Shown here piece after piece: positions 39,181-48,976 of a stretch of 64,000 nt of DNA. This DNA comes from Acidimicrobiia bacterium (GTDB lineage: Bacteria > Actinomycetota > Acidimicrobiia > Spongiisociales > ZC4RG35), in contig DATBIX010000023.1 in assembly GCA_036556665.1 (NCBI GenBank), forward strand, positions 21,434 through 85,433, read 5' to 3'. The stretch's first letter is position 1, and each line of letters opens with the position of its first letter. Both the position numbers and the translations under genes were made by a program. The notes under the pieces were generated by a model. That model was not told the DNA's origin. It did no database searches and saw only the letters and a list, made by a program, of their open reading frames with translations.

Positions 39181-40322
39181 TGTCGGGGCCGCTCCACGGG
39201 ATCTCGGTCATCGAGCTGGCCGGGCTGGGCCCGGCCCCTTTCTGCGGGATGGTCCTCGCCGACCTCGGCGCCAGGGTGATCCGGGTGGACCGGGCCGATC
39301 GCGTGATCGGCCGCCACACGTCGTCTTCGAGAAACGACCTCCCCAACCGGGGCAAGCTCTCCATCGGGGTCGACCTGAAGAGACCCGACGGAGTCGAGGT
39401 GGTCCTGGGACTGGTGGCGGGCTCGGACGCGCTCCTCGAGGGATTCCGTCCCGGGGTCGCCGAGAGACTTGGGATCGGGCCCGCCCGGTGCCTGGCTGCA
39501 AACCCTGCCCTGGTCTATGGGCGGGTGACGGGTTGGGGCCAGGATGGCCCCCTCGCCGCCACGGCCGGGCACGACATCGACTACATCGCCCTGTCGGGAG
39601 CCCTCGGGCCGATCGGGACCAGCGACTACCCGGTGCCACCGCTGAATCTCGTCGGGGACTACGGGGGCGGCGGGATGCTCCTCGCTGTGGGTGTGCTCGC
39701 CGGACTGATCGCAGCCGGGTCCACCGGGGTGGGACAGGTGGTGGATGCCGCCATGGTCGACGGGTCCGCCCTCCTCACCACCGCCCTGCACGGGTACGTG
39801 GCGGAAGGATCCTGGGGCGCGGGGCGGGCATCGAACCTGCTGGACGGGGGAGCGCCCTTCTACTCGGTCTACCAGACCGCCGACGGCAGGCACGTGGCTG
39901 TCGGCGCCCTCGAGCCCCATTTCTTTGCCGCACTGCTCGACGTGCTCGGGATCGACCCGTCTTCGATCGGGGAGCAGAGCGATCGGGACCGATGGCCCGA
40001 GATGAGGGCGGCATTGGCGAGCCGGTTCCTCGAACGCACTCGTGACGACTGGGCGGAGCGCTTCGCCGCGACCGATGCCTGTGTGGCTCCCGTCCTCGAC
40101 CCGGCTGAGGCGCCGGCACATCCGCACAATCTGGGGCGGGCTACGTTCGTCGAGATCGATGGGGTCATACAGCCCGCCCCGGCGCCGAGGTTCTCACGGA
40201 CCCAGCTGGAGACCCCGGTGGGCCCCCCCTTCCCCGGCCAGCACACCGATCGGGTGCTCGCGTGGCTGGGGGTTACCGGGGAGGAGGCAAGTAGACTCCG
40301 CCGATCGGGAGCGGTGGCGTGA
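39180..40322 (+). CDS. mcr: family III CoA-transferase, alpha-methylacyl-CoA racemase-like
   Basis: 'VIELAGLGPAPF', 'VTGWGQDGP', 'GHDIDYIALSG', 'PPLNLVGDYGGG', 'VVDAAMVDGS', 'LLDGGAPFY', 'PAPAPRFSRT' closely match mycobacterial Mcr as I recall it. TGATG coupling to the upstream SBP gene. Confidence 0.7.
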   Translation: MSGPLHGISVIELAGLGPAPFCGMVLADLGARVIRVDRADRVIGRHTSSSRNDLPNRGKLSIGVDLKRPDGVEVVLGLVAGSDALLEGFRPGVAERLGIGPARCLAANPALVYGRVTGWGQDGPLAATAGHDIDYIALSGALGPIGTSDYPVPPLNLVGDYGGGGMLLAVGVLAGLIAAGSTGVGQVVDAAMVDGSALLTTALHGYVAEGSWGAGRASNLLDGGAPFYSVYQTADGRHVAVGALEPHFFAALLDVLGIDPSSIGEQSDRDRWPEMRAALASRFLERTRDDWAERFAATDACVAPVLDPAEAPAHPHNLGRATFVEIDGVIQPAPAPRFSRTQLETPVGPPFPGQHTDRVLAWLGVTGEEASRLRRSGAVA

Positions 40323-42175
40323 CCCTCGGAGGAGACATGACCCAGGATGCGGTGTTGGCGGAGCGAGCGGCGATCGACGCCGAGGTCGAAGGCAAGACGA
40401 TCGTCGACTACATCGATCGGAACGCCGACCGCTATGGCGATCAGCCGGCGATCCACTACAAGGATGGCGACTGGAAGAGCCTGACCTGGCGGGAGTACCG
40501 CCAGGCGGTCCACGAGGCGGCGGCCGGTCTCCAGGACCTCGGGGTCGGTGAGGGCGAGTTCGTGGCGATCATGGCGGGCAACCGTCCCGAGCACGTCATC
40601 TCGGATTACGCCGCCATCCATGCGGGGGCAACCGCGGTGACCATCTACTCCACCCTTGCCGCCAGCCAGATCCAGTACATCGCCGACAATTGCAAGGCGA
40701 CCGTGGCCATCCTCGAGAACCTCGAGTTCATGAAGCGGTGGGACGAGATCCGGTCCGAACTGCCCAATCTCCGCTATGTGGTCCTGATGGAGGGGGCCGA
40801 GAACTACGAGACGACTGAGTGGGTCCTCGGATGGGAAGAGCTTCTGGCTCGGGGCAGGAGCCGTCTTGCCTCCGATCCAGGGACGGTCGAGCGCTCGGTC
40901 GCCGCCCTGCAGCCGAGCACCCTCGCCACGCTGATCTACACCTCCGGCACCACCGGGACCCCCAAAGGGGTGATGATCAGCCACCGCAACGTGGTCTGGA
41001 CCGCAGAGTGCCTGCGCAGGGCCGCCGACATCGACCTCGGCCCGCGCATGGTCTCCTATCTGCCGTTGGCCCACATCGCCGAGCGTCTCGCCACCCACTA
41101 CCTGGCCACCTACATGGCCGGGCAGATCTGGTACTGCCCCAACCTGGCAGGAGTCCTCGAGTACATACAGGAGGCACGACCGACCCTCTTCGTCGGGGTG
41201 CCTCGTGTCTACGAGAAGTTCCACGCCAGGCTCAGTGCCCGGTTCGAGGAGACGCACGGGATAAAGAAGCGCCTGCTCGACGCCGCCCTCGCCGCCAACA
41301 GAAAGCGGGTCCTCGCCGAACAAGAGGGCAAATCCGGACCGGCTCTGGCCGGGGTGCTCGACTCGATCGTCCTCTCCAAGGTGAGAGATCAGCTGGGCAT
41401 GGATCAGGTCGAGGTGGCGATCACCGCCGCCGCGCCGATCAATCCGGACCTCGTCCTCTTCTTCCAGACGCTCGGCATCCCCCTCTTCGAGCTCTACGGC
41501 ATGTCTGAGACGACCGGGCCGGCCACGACCAACCTGCCCGGCGCCTTCCGGCTCGGGTCGGTGGGCAAGGCGCTACCCGGCGTCGAGGTGGAGTTGGCGT
41601 CCGACGACGAGCTTCTGATGCGAGGTGGGGTCATCACCCAGGGTTACTACAAGCTGCCCGAGGACACGATCGAGACCTTCGACTCGGACGGCTGGCTCCA
41701 CTCGGGTGACCTCGCCCGCATCGACGATGATGGCTACGTCTGGATCATCGGCCGCAAGAAGGAGATCATCATCACCGCCGGGGGCAAGAACATCGCCCCT
41801 GCCAAGCTCGAGACCGTGCTGGGCAACCACCCCCTCATCTCCAAGGCCTGCATGGTGGGGGACGGCCGCAAATTCATAGCGATGATCGTGGCGCTCGACA
41901 ACGAGGAGGCGCCGGCCTGGGCTGCGGCCAACGGGCTGGACTTCCACGACCTGGCCGGCTTCTCCGAGCTTCCCCAGGTGAGAGACGAGGTGGAGCGGGC
42001 GATCAAGGAGGCCAATCAAGAGGTGTCGGGGGTGGAGCAGATCAAGAAGTGGATCATCGTCCCCGATGACTGGACACCGGACTCAGGCGAGGTCACACCA
42101 TCCCTGAAGTTGAAGCGGAAGGTGGTGCTCGACAAGTACGCCGACCAGATCGACGAGCTCTACGTCGGGGTCTGA
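40319..42175 (+). CDS. long-chain fatty-acid--CoA ligase (FadD/ACSL type)
   Basis: 'IYTSGTTGTPKGVM' and 'GWLHSGDL...GRKKEIIITAGGKNI' AMP-binding motifs. Confidence 0.8.
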   Translation: MTLGGDMTQDAVLAERAAIDAEVEGKTIVDYIDRNADRYGDQPAIHYKDGDWKSLTWREYRQAVHEAAAGLQDLGVGEGEFVAIMAGNRPEHVISDYAAIHAGATAVTIYSTLAASQIQYIADNCKATVAILENLEFMKRWDEIRSELPNLRYVVLMEGAENYETTEWVLGWEELLARGRSRLASDPGTVERSVAALQPSTLATLIYTSGTTGTPKGVMISHRNVVWTAECLRRAADIDLGPRMVSYLPLAHIAERLATHYLATYMAGQIWYCPNLAGVLEYIQEARPTLFVGVPRVYEKFHARLSARFEETHGIKKRLLDAALAANRKRVLAEQEGKSGPALAGVLDSIVLSKVRDQLGMDQVEVAITAAAPINPDLVLFFQTLGIPLFELYGMSETTGPATTNLPGAFRLGSVGKALPGVEVELASDDELLMRGGVITQGYYKLPEDTIETFDSDGWLHSGDLARIDDDGYVWIIGRKKEIIITAGGKNIAPAKLETVLGNHPLISKACMVGDGRKFIAMIVALDNEEAPAWAAANGLDFHDLAGFSELPQVRDEVERAIKEANQEVSGVEQIKKWIIVPDDWTPDSGEVTPSLKLKRKVVLDKYADQIDELYVGV

Positions 42176-42193
42176 GATCGGGCTGATCGACTG

Positions 42194-43342
42194 ATGCAGA
42201 GGGACCTGTTCGACGCGGAGCACGAGATCTTCCGATCCTCGGTGCGTGAGTTCGTCGAGCGTGAGGTGAGCCCCAACGTCACCAAGTGGGAGACGGAGGG
42301 CAGAGTCGACAAGGAGATGTTCCGCAAGGCGGGGCGGGCCGGCTTCCTGGGGATGGCGATCCCGGAGGAGTACGGTGGGGGAGGAGTCTCCGACTTCCGG
42401 TTCAACGCCGTGGTCGGAGAGGAGCTGATCCGCGGGGACGCATTCGCCTCGGGGATGTGCATCACCCTGCACAATGATGTCTGCCTGCCCTACTTCCTCC
42501 ACCTGACCGATGATGGGCAGAAAAGCAGGTGGCTCCCCGGGCTGGCATCGGGAGACCTCATGTCGGCCATTGCCATGACCGAGCCCGGGGCTGGTTCGGA
42601 CCTGGCCGGGATCAGGACGACCGCGACCAGGGACGGCGACGACTACGTGGTCACCGGATCGAAGACCTTCATCACCAACGGGATCAACTCGGATGTCGTG
42701 ATCACGGCGGTCAAGACCGATCCGTCCGAGCGTCATGCCGGGATGAGCCTGCTGGTCATCGAGGACGGCATGCCCGGGTTCACTCGGGGGCGGAACCTGG
42801 AGAAGATCGGGCTCCACGCCCAGGACACGGCCGAGCTGTTCTTCGATGAGGTCAGGGTGCCGGTTGCCAACCGGCTCGGCGAGGAGGGGATGGGGTTCGC
42901 CTACTTGATGCAGAACCTCCCGCAGGAGCGTCTCGGGCTCGCCGCTGCCTCCATCGCCCACGCCGAGGTGGCCTTCGATTGGACTCTCGCCTACGTCAAG
43001 GAGCGGCGTGCATTCGACCAGCCCATCGGCAGCTTCCAGACGGTGAAGCACCTCATGGCCGAGATGCGAACCGAGCTCGACGTGGCCCGCATCTATATCG
43101 ACCGGCAGATCGTGGCCCTGAACCGGGGCGAACTGACGGCCGATGATGCCGCCAAGGCGAAGTGGTGGGTCACCGAGTTGGAGAAACGGGTGATCGACCG
43201 ATGCCTCCAGCTGTTCGGGGGGTGGGGCTACATGGAGGAGTATCCCATCGCCCGTGCCTACCGTGATGCCAGGGTCCAGACCATCTATGGCGGGACCACC
43301 GAGATCATGAAAGAGATAGTCGGGCGTTCGCTCGGTCTCTAG
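42194..43342 (+). CDS. acyl-CoA dehydrogenase
   Basis: Complete ACAD fold, including 'IYGGTTEIM' near the C-terminus. Confidence 0.85.
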   Translation: MQRDLFDAEHEIFRSSVREFVEREVSPNVTKWETEGRVDKEMFRKAGRAGFLGMAIPEEYGGGGVSDFRFNAVVGEELIRGDAFASGMCITLHNDVCLPYFLHLTDDGQKSRWLPGLASGDLMSAIAMTEPGAGSDLAGIRTTATRDGDDYVVTGSKTFITNGINSDVVITAVKTDPSERHAGMSLLVIEDGMPGFTRGRNLEKIGLHAQDTAELFFDEVRVPVANRLGEEGMGFAYLMQNLPQERLGLAAASIAHAEVAFDWTLAYVKERRAFDQPIGSFQTVKHLMAEMRTELDVARIYIDRQIVALNRGELTADDAAKAKWWVTELEKRVIDRCLQLFGGWGYMEEYPIARAYRDARVQTIYGGTTEIMKEIVGRSLGL

Positions 43343-43358
43343 CGAGAGGAACCAACCA

Positions 43359-44267
43359 TTGAGTGAGCCAATCACGTTTGACGGCCGCGTCGCGATCGTC
43401 ACGGGAGCCGGAGGCGGGCTGGGCAAGGAGTACGCCCTGGAGCTGGGGCGGCGCGGAGCCAAGGTCGTGGTCAACGACCTCGGCGGGGCGGTGGACGGGA
43501 GCGGGTCATCGCAGGGTGCAGCGGATCTGGTAGTCGATGAGATCGTGTCCGCCGGCGGCGAGGCCGTGGCCAGTTATGACTCGGTGGCCAGCCGGGAAGG
43601 CGGGGCGGCAATCGTGCAGACCGCCCTCGACGTCTTCGGGGCGGTCGACGTCGTGATCAACAACGCGGGGATCCTCCGGGACAAGTCGTTCGGGAACATG
43701 ACCCTCGACGAGATCGAGGCGGTACTCGACGTCCATCTCAAGGGCGCCTTCTTCGTCTCCCACCCGGCCTTCAAGGTGATGAAGGAAAGGGGCTACGGGC
43801 GCTTTGTGCACACCAGCTCCGCATCGGGCTTGTTCGGGAACTTCGGCCAATCCAACTACGGGGCGGCCAAGGCGGGACTGGTCGGGCTCTCCAACGTGCT
43901 CGCCATCGAGGGGGCCAAGTACGACATCAGGTCGAATGCGGTTGCCCCAACCGCACGGACCCGGATGACTGAGGAGCTGCTCGGGCCGATGGCCGAAATG
44001 TTCGATCCGAGGCAGGTCATGCCCATGGTGGTCTACCTCGCCTCTGAGCAAAGCCAGTTCACCCACGAGATATTCACCGTCGGCGGTGGCCGATATGGGC
44101 GGATCTTCATCGGGACCAACACGGGTTGGTTCTCCGGGAAGGGGGTTGTGCCCACCGTCGAGGAGCTGGCAGGCCATCTCGACGAGGTCCGCGACATCAC
44201 CGAGTTCACGGTCCCCGGGAACATCAACGAAGAGCTCATGATCCTGGCCCAACTGGCGGCAGGCTGA
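43359..44267 (+). CDS. SDR dehydrogenase of the MFE-2 (HSD17B4) type, D-specific 3-hydroxyacyl-CoA dehydrogenase
   Basis: 'VAIVTGAGGGLGKEYALELGRRGAKVVVNDLGG' and 'YGAAKAGLVGL' are near-identical to the MFE-2 N-terminal domain signature. Confidence 0.75.
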   Translation: MSEPITFDGRVAIVTGAGGGLGKEYALELGRRGAKVVVNDLGGAVDGSGSSQGAADLVVDEIVSAGGEAVASYDSVASREGGAAIVQTALDVFGAVDVVINNAGILRDKSFGNMTLDEIEAVLDVHLKGAFFVSHPAFKVMKERGYGRFVHTSSASGLFGNFGQSNYGAAKAGLVGLSNVLAIEGAKYDIRSNAVAPTARTRMTEELLGPMAEMFDPRQVMPMVVYLASEQSQFTHEIFTVGGGRYGRIFIGTNTGWFSGKGVVPTVEELAGHLDEVRDITEFTVPGNINEELMILAQLAAG

Positions 44268-44269
44268 TC

Positions 44270-45127
44270 GTGCCCATCGACCTGTCGAGGGCGGTGGGGT
44301 CGGAGCTGACTGCGACCACGTTCAGCTGGTCCGACGACGACGTCATCCTCTACCACCTCGGGATCGGCGCCGGCAACCCCCCGACCGACCCCATCGAGCT
44401 GAGATACACCTACGAGGGGGACCTCCAGGTGCTGCCCAGCTACGCCACTATCCCCCAGTTCTCGATGATGATGGGGATGGCCAGCGCCGAAGGGGTCGAC
44501 ATCAACCTCGCCCAGGTCCTCCACGGCGAGCACGAGATCATCCTGCACGGCTCACTGCCCACCAGCGGGACCGTCCGCCAGACCGGGCAGATCACGGCTG
44601 TGCATGACAAGGGCAAGGGGGCCCTCGTGGTGATGGAGATCCTCTCGGTGTTGGAGCGAACCGATGAGCCGATCTTCACCAACCGCGCCTCCATCTTCGT
44701 CAGGGGCGAGGGGGGCTTCGGCGGGGACCCGGGCCCGTCCGAGCGCAGGGAGATGCCCGGTCGTGACCCCGACCACGTCGTCGAATCGCCGACCCTGCCA
44801 CAGCAAGCCTTGCTCTATCGGATGGCCTCGGGGGACAAGAACCCTTTGCATGCCGACCCCGGGTTCGCTGCCTTTGCCGGGTACGACCGTCCCATCCTCC
44901 ATGGCCTGTGCACCTATGGCATCGTGTGCAAGGCCGTCGTGGATCACGCCTTCGCCTCGGATCCCGAGTCGATCGCCTCCTACGCCGCCCGGTTCTCGGG
45001 AGTGGTGTTCCCCGGCGAGACGGTCGTCACCTCGATATGGGACGAGGGGGACCATCTGGCAGTAGCCGCCTCGACCCACGAGCGGGGAGCCTCGGTGCTC
45101 TCGAATGGGGTGGTCGTCAAGCGGTGA
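44270..45127 (+). CDS. MaoC-like (R)-specific enoyl-CoA hydratase 2 (double hot-dog)
   Basis: 'LYRMASGDKNPLHADPGFAAFAGYDRPILHGLCTYG' hydratase-2 motif. GTG start 3 nt after the SDR stop. Confidence 0.7.
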   Translation: MPIDLSRAVGSELTATTFSWSDDDVILYHLGIGAGNPPTDPIELRYTYEGDLQVLPSYATIPQFSMMMGMASAEGVDINLAQVLHGEHEIILHGSLPTSGTVRQTGQITAVHDKGKGALVVMEILSVLERTDEPIFTNRASIFVRGEGGFGGDPGPSERREMPGRDPDHVVESPTLPQQALLYRMASGDKNPLHADPGFAAFAGYDRPILHGLCTYGIVCKAVVDHAFASDPESIASYAARFSGVVFPGETVVTSIWDEGDHLAVAASTHERGASVLSNGVVVKR

Positions 45128-45959
45128 TCGTCACCGGGGTGCCGACCTCGACCAACTCGTGCAGCCTGGTGATCACCTCGTTGGGCACGCGAACGCAGCC
45201 CAACGAAATGGCGTCCCCGATCGACTCGGGCTGGTCGGTGCCGTGGATGCCGATGATCCCGTCGCCGCCGTTGTACTCGGTGATCGTCTCCGACCGCGCC
45301 GAAAGACCGAGGGCATGCGGGCCCCAAGGGCTGTCGGGGTTGGCCAGGGTGACGTTGTCGGTGACGAAGAACGACCCGGTCGGGGTCGGGTTGCGATCGC
45401 TCCCGATGGCGACCATGGTCGAGACGATCTCGACCCCGTTCTCCAGATAGCGCAGGGTCTTGTCGGAGAGATCGACCAAGAGCTCACCGTGCACGACGAA
45501 GAGGCTCATGTCCCCGGTCTCCACCCAGCCCTGGGCACCGCTCGGTCGGCCCGGGACGAGCACCCTGGCCCAGCCTTGTGCCGGCCCCTCCAAGACGGCT
45601 AGCACCGTGGGCGTCCCGACGATCGTCGTAGCCTCCAGGATCCGGGCCGGCTCCAGGTCTCCGGGTCGCTCGTAGACGTCCACCTCGTCACTCGCCCTGG
45701 CGACCAGAGTCCCCGACGGCCCGATCAGATCCGTCGTAAGGAGCTCGAGCGGCCCTGCTTCGGACGCGACCGTCGCCGGAGCCGTGGTGACGGTTACCGG
45801 GGCAGCCGTGGTCGTTGAGGAGACCGGGGCAGGGGTGGTGGTGGGGGCGGTGGTTGTGGAGGGAGACCGGGGTGCCGGGGTGGTGGCATCCGTCAGCAGC
45901 CCGCCACCGCATGCGGCGACGGCGAGGAACGCAATGGCTAGCGAAACGAGGCGTCGCAT
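45117..45959 (-). CDS. L,D-transpeptidase lipoprotein (YkuD domain)
   Basis: Lipobox 'LAVAACGG', a Thr/Pro-rich linker, and the catalytic 'HGTDQPESIGDAISLGCVRV'. Confidence 0.7.
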   Translation of the reverse strand: MRRLVSLAIAFLAVAACGGGLLTDATTPAPRSPSTTTAPTTTPAPVSSTTTAAPVTVTTAPATVASEAGPLELLTTDLIGPSGTLVARASDEVDVYERPGDLEPARILEATTIVGTPTVLAVLEGPAQGWARVLVPGRPSGAQGWVETGDMSLFVVHGELLVDLSDKTLRYLENGVEIVSTMVAIGSDRNPTPTGSFFVTDNVTLANPDSPWGPHALGLSARSETITEYNGGDGIIGIHGTDQPESIGDAISLGCVRVPNEVITRLHELVEVGTPVTITA

Positions 45960-46039
45960 GGAATCAGGTATCGGCGCCCGAATCTAGGACCTGTGGGCTT
46001 CGTTGTGCCCGGGTCGAGTCGACCTAGCCTTTCCGGGCG

Positions 46040-46993
46040 ATGTCCAGAGTGTTCGTCTCCGCCCGTATCCCGGAAGACATCGTGAGCCCGCTTCTCCGGC
46101 TTGCCGAGGTCGACATGTGGGAGGGGGAGGGCACCGTCTCCCGGGAGGCTCTCTTCGAGCGCCTTCCTGGCTGTGATGGCTGGCTTTCGATGCTGACCGA
46201 TGAGATCGACGAGGAGATACTCGACATCGCCCCCGGTCTCACCGTCATCTCACAGATGTCGGTCGGAGTGGACAACATCGACGTGGAGGCGTGCCGGGCC
46301 CGTGGCATCACCATCGGTCACACTCCCGACGTCCTGACGGAGACGGTTGCCGACACCGCCTTCGCCCTGATGGCCGCCGCAGTGAGGAGGCTTCCGGAAG
46401 GGGAGAAGAAGGTGCGGGCAGGCGAATGGGGGCCATGGGACCCCTGGCGATTCCTGGGGGGAGACCTGCACGGCGCCGTGCTGGGGATCGTGGGGATGGG
46501 ACGAATCGGGCAGGCCATCGCCCGCCGCGCCGCCGGCTTCGACATGGAAGTCCTCTATACGTCCCGCAGCGACGGCTCCGTTGGAGGCCTGGTCAGGGTG
46601 GGTCTGGACGAGCTCCTGGGCAGGGCCGACATCGTGGTCCTGGCCGTCCCGCTGAGCCCGGAAACCCACCAGATGATCGGCGAGAGAGAGCTCGGCCTCA
46701 TGCGTCCGGGCTCGGTGCTGGTCAACGTCGCCAGGGGACCATTGGTCGACACGGCAGCTCTATTCGCCGCCCTCGACTCCGGCTCGATCGGCGCCGCTGC
46801 CCTCGACGTCACCGACCCAGAGCCGCTGCCATCCGATCATCCCTTGCTCACGCTCGGCAATTGCCTGGTGGTGCCCCACATCGGAAGTGCCTCGGTTCGA
46901 ACGAGACGGGCCATGGCGGGCTTGGCGGTCGACAACCTGGCGGCGGCGCTGCGCGGAGACCCGATGCCTGCGCCGCTCCCCGAGCCGGAGTGA
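46040..46993 (+). CDS. D-isomer-specific 2-hydroxyacid dehydrogenase (glyoxylate/hydroxypyruvate reductase-like)
   Basis: 'GIVGMGRIGQAIARRA' NAD-binding motif and the 'VNVARGPLVD' catalytic region. Confidence 0.8.
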   Translation: MSRVFVSARIPEDIVSPLLRLAEVDMWEGEGTVSREALFERLPGCDGWLSMLTDEIDEEILDIAPGLTVISQMSVGVDNIDVEACRARGITIGHTPDVLTETVADTAFALMAAAVRRLPEGEKKVRAGEWGPWDPWRFLGGDLHGAVLGIVGMGRIGQAIARRAAGFDMEVLYTSRSDGSVGGLVRVGLDELLGRADIVVLAVPLSPETHQMIGERELGLMRPGSVLVNVARGPLVDTAALFAALDSGSIGAAALDVTDPEPLPSDHPLLTLGNCLVVPHIGSASVRTRRAMAGLAVDNLAAALRGDPMPAPLPEPE

Positions 46994-46999
46994 TCGGCC

Positions 47000-47647
47000 T
47001 CAGCCTCTGTCGGCCGCCGCGGCCCCGGTTGGGAACACCACGAGGAGGCACCCGGCCCCGAGCCTGATGTCGGCGACCGGCGCCCTCATCACGTTGCTGA
47101 TCCCCCAGGTCGAGCCGGAATCGATGGCGGCTTCGGTCAGCTCCCATCTCAGACCGCTCGTCGTCACCCCGAGGGCGGGGCCGCCGATCGGGATCAGGCT
47201 CACCGTGGCCCCGACGTCACCATGGAGCACCCGGCGTCGTCGCACCACGTGTGCCCTCGCCCGCGAGGAGACCCAATCGATCTCATCGATGGTGGCGAAT
47301 CGGTCCGAGCAGAGAAGGGCCGAGTTGGCCAGCTCGTGGTCGAATCGCCCACCCGATCCCCCGACCACCACCACCCGGGCCGGGTCTTCGCGCAGGGCGA
47401 GCTCGAGAGCCAGGTCGAGGTCGCTCTGGTCCTTGTCGGCCGGGTGGCGCTCCACCATCACGTGCTCGGGCAAACCGGTCGCGTCGAAGGAGTCGAAGTC
47501 GCCGACCAGCAGGTCAACGCGATAACCGAGGGCCTCCGCCGCCTCGTAACCGCCGTCGGCGGCCACGACCAGATCGGCGGAGGGCAGCTCGTCGGCGAGA
47601 TCGGGGGAGGGGAGCTCCCCTCCGGCGAAGATCAGAAGCGTGTCCAT
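47000..47647 (-). CDS. thiamine pyrophosphokinase
   Basis: 'LVVAADGG' and 'DLLVGDFDSFD' TPK catalytic motifs plus a C-terminal thiamine-binding region. Confidence 0.65.
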   Translation of the reverse strand: MDTLLIFAGGELPSPDLADELPSADLVVAADGGYEAAEALGYRVDLLVGDFDSFDATGLPEHVMVERHPADKDQSDLDLALELALREDPARVVVVGGSGGRFDHELANSALLCSDRFATIDEIDWVSSRARAHVVRRRRVLHGDVGATVSLIPIGGPALGVTTSGLRWELTEAAIDSGSTWGISNVMRAPVADIRLGAGCLLVVFPTGAAAADRG

Positions 47648-47742
47648 GTGAATGACAAAATCGTCTTACGCGCGCCGGCGCGGGTAAGGTCTAACCTTCA
47701 ACGAGAGGTTGAGGGTTGTCCCATGATTGAAATGCCTTGGAA

Positions 47743-48942
47743 TCACTCGATGATCACCTGCAACGTCTGCATCGCCTCGTCGAGCGCGGTCTCGACCAGC
47801 TGGGGTGTGGTGGCGCGGGCGAAGACGAACCCGATGTAACGGTCGCCCTCCGGGGGCGGCACCACCTCGCTTCCCGGGGTGACGGTCACGTCGATGGAGG
47901 TCACGTGCTCGATCGCACGCACCTCCTCCAGACCGGTCATCTCAACGAAGATGCCCCGCTGCGGGATGGGCACCATGAGGACGCCGCTCGCCACCAGTTC
48001 TCGGCGCAGCTCCGGCTTGTCGAGCCCGATGGCGTTGCGGAGGATCAGCGCCTCGAGACTGGTGCCGGTCAACCCGAAGTTGAGACTCCTGGAGCAGAGC
48101 CCGCCGATGGAGCGGGCCGCCACCTCGATCACCCTGACCAGCCTCCCTGTGACCTTCATCTCGACGTGAACCGGCCCGTGGACAAGGCCGATGGCGCTCA
48201 GGGCCGCCGTTGCCACCCTCGAGCACTCGGACTGCGTCTCCTCGTCGAGTCGGGAGGGGGTTACCAGGATCGTCTCCGGGAAGAAAGGACCCTCGCCCGC
48301 TCCGGGCTTGTCGAACAGTGCCAACTCGGTCAGCTCCCCGTCACGGAGTATCCCCTCCAGGGCGACCTCGAGACCTGGCATGTGCTCCTCGAGTAGGAGA
48401 TCGGCCGATGACCCGACTATGGCCCTGACCCGTGCCACTGCAGGGCCCAGATCCTCCCGGCGATCGACCCGGATCACACCCTGGGCGGCGGCCCGGTCGA
48501 CCGGTTTCACCACGAGCGGGTAGCCGATCTCACCAGCCGCCAACTCCACGTCTTCACCCGGCCCGAACAGGGCGAAGCGCGGCTGGGGAACCTCGGCGGC
48601 AGCGAGCCGGTCCCTTTGCATCCCCTTGTCCCGGGTGGCCCGGGCGGCGTCGGGTGGGTTGGCGCGAAGACCCAGGCCCGTCGCCGAGAGAGCTGCGACC
48701 AGGACACCGGCGTCGTCGGCGGCCACGACGCCGTCGATGTGGGCCCGGTCACCGATGGCCATGATCGATTCGGCTGCATGTGCCGGGTCGGCGCAATCGA
48801 TCTGGAGATAGCGGTCGCCCATGTCGAAGGGTGGAGGTTCCTCGGAAGCGACGATCAGGTCGACGCCGAGCCCTTCGGCGGCGCGCACGAAGTCGGTCGC
48901 TCTGTAGGTCGTGGTGGGGAGTACGACAACCGCTCTCGGCAT
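47743..48942 (-). CDS. ATP-grasp family ligase of unknown specificity
   Basis: A pre-ATP-grasp N-domain and an ATP-grasp core ('YPLVVKPVDRAAAQGVIRV', 'LLEEHMPGLEVALEG'). Start taken at MPRAVVVLP. Confidence 0.6.
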   Translation of the reverse strand: MPRAVVVLPTTTYRATDFVRAAEGLGVDLIVASEEPPPFDMGDRYLQIDCADPAHAAESIMAIGDRAHIDGVVAADDAGVLVAALSATGLGLRANPPDAARATRDKGMQRDRLAAAEVPQPRFALFGPGEDVELAAGEIGYPLVVKPVDRAAAQGVIRVDRREDLGPAVARVRAIVGSSADLLLEEHMPGLEVALEGILRDGELTELALFDKPGAGEGPFFPETILVTPSRLDEETQSECSRVATAALSAIGLVHGPVHVEMKVTGRLVRVIEVAARSIGGLCSRSLNFGLTGTSLEALILRNAIGLDKPELRRELVASGVLMVPIPQRGIFVEMTGLEEVRAIEHVTSIDVTVTPGSEVVPPPEGDRYIGFVFARATTPQLVETALDEAMQTLQVIIE

Positions 48943-48976
48943 GTTTGGGCCCGGTCCGGGGTTACCATCCTGGCAG

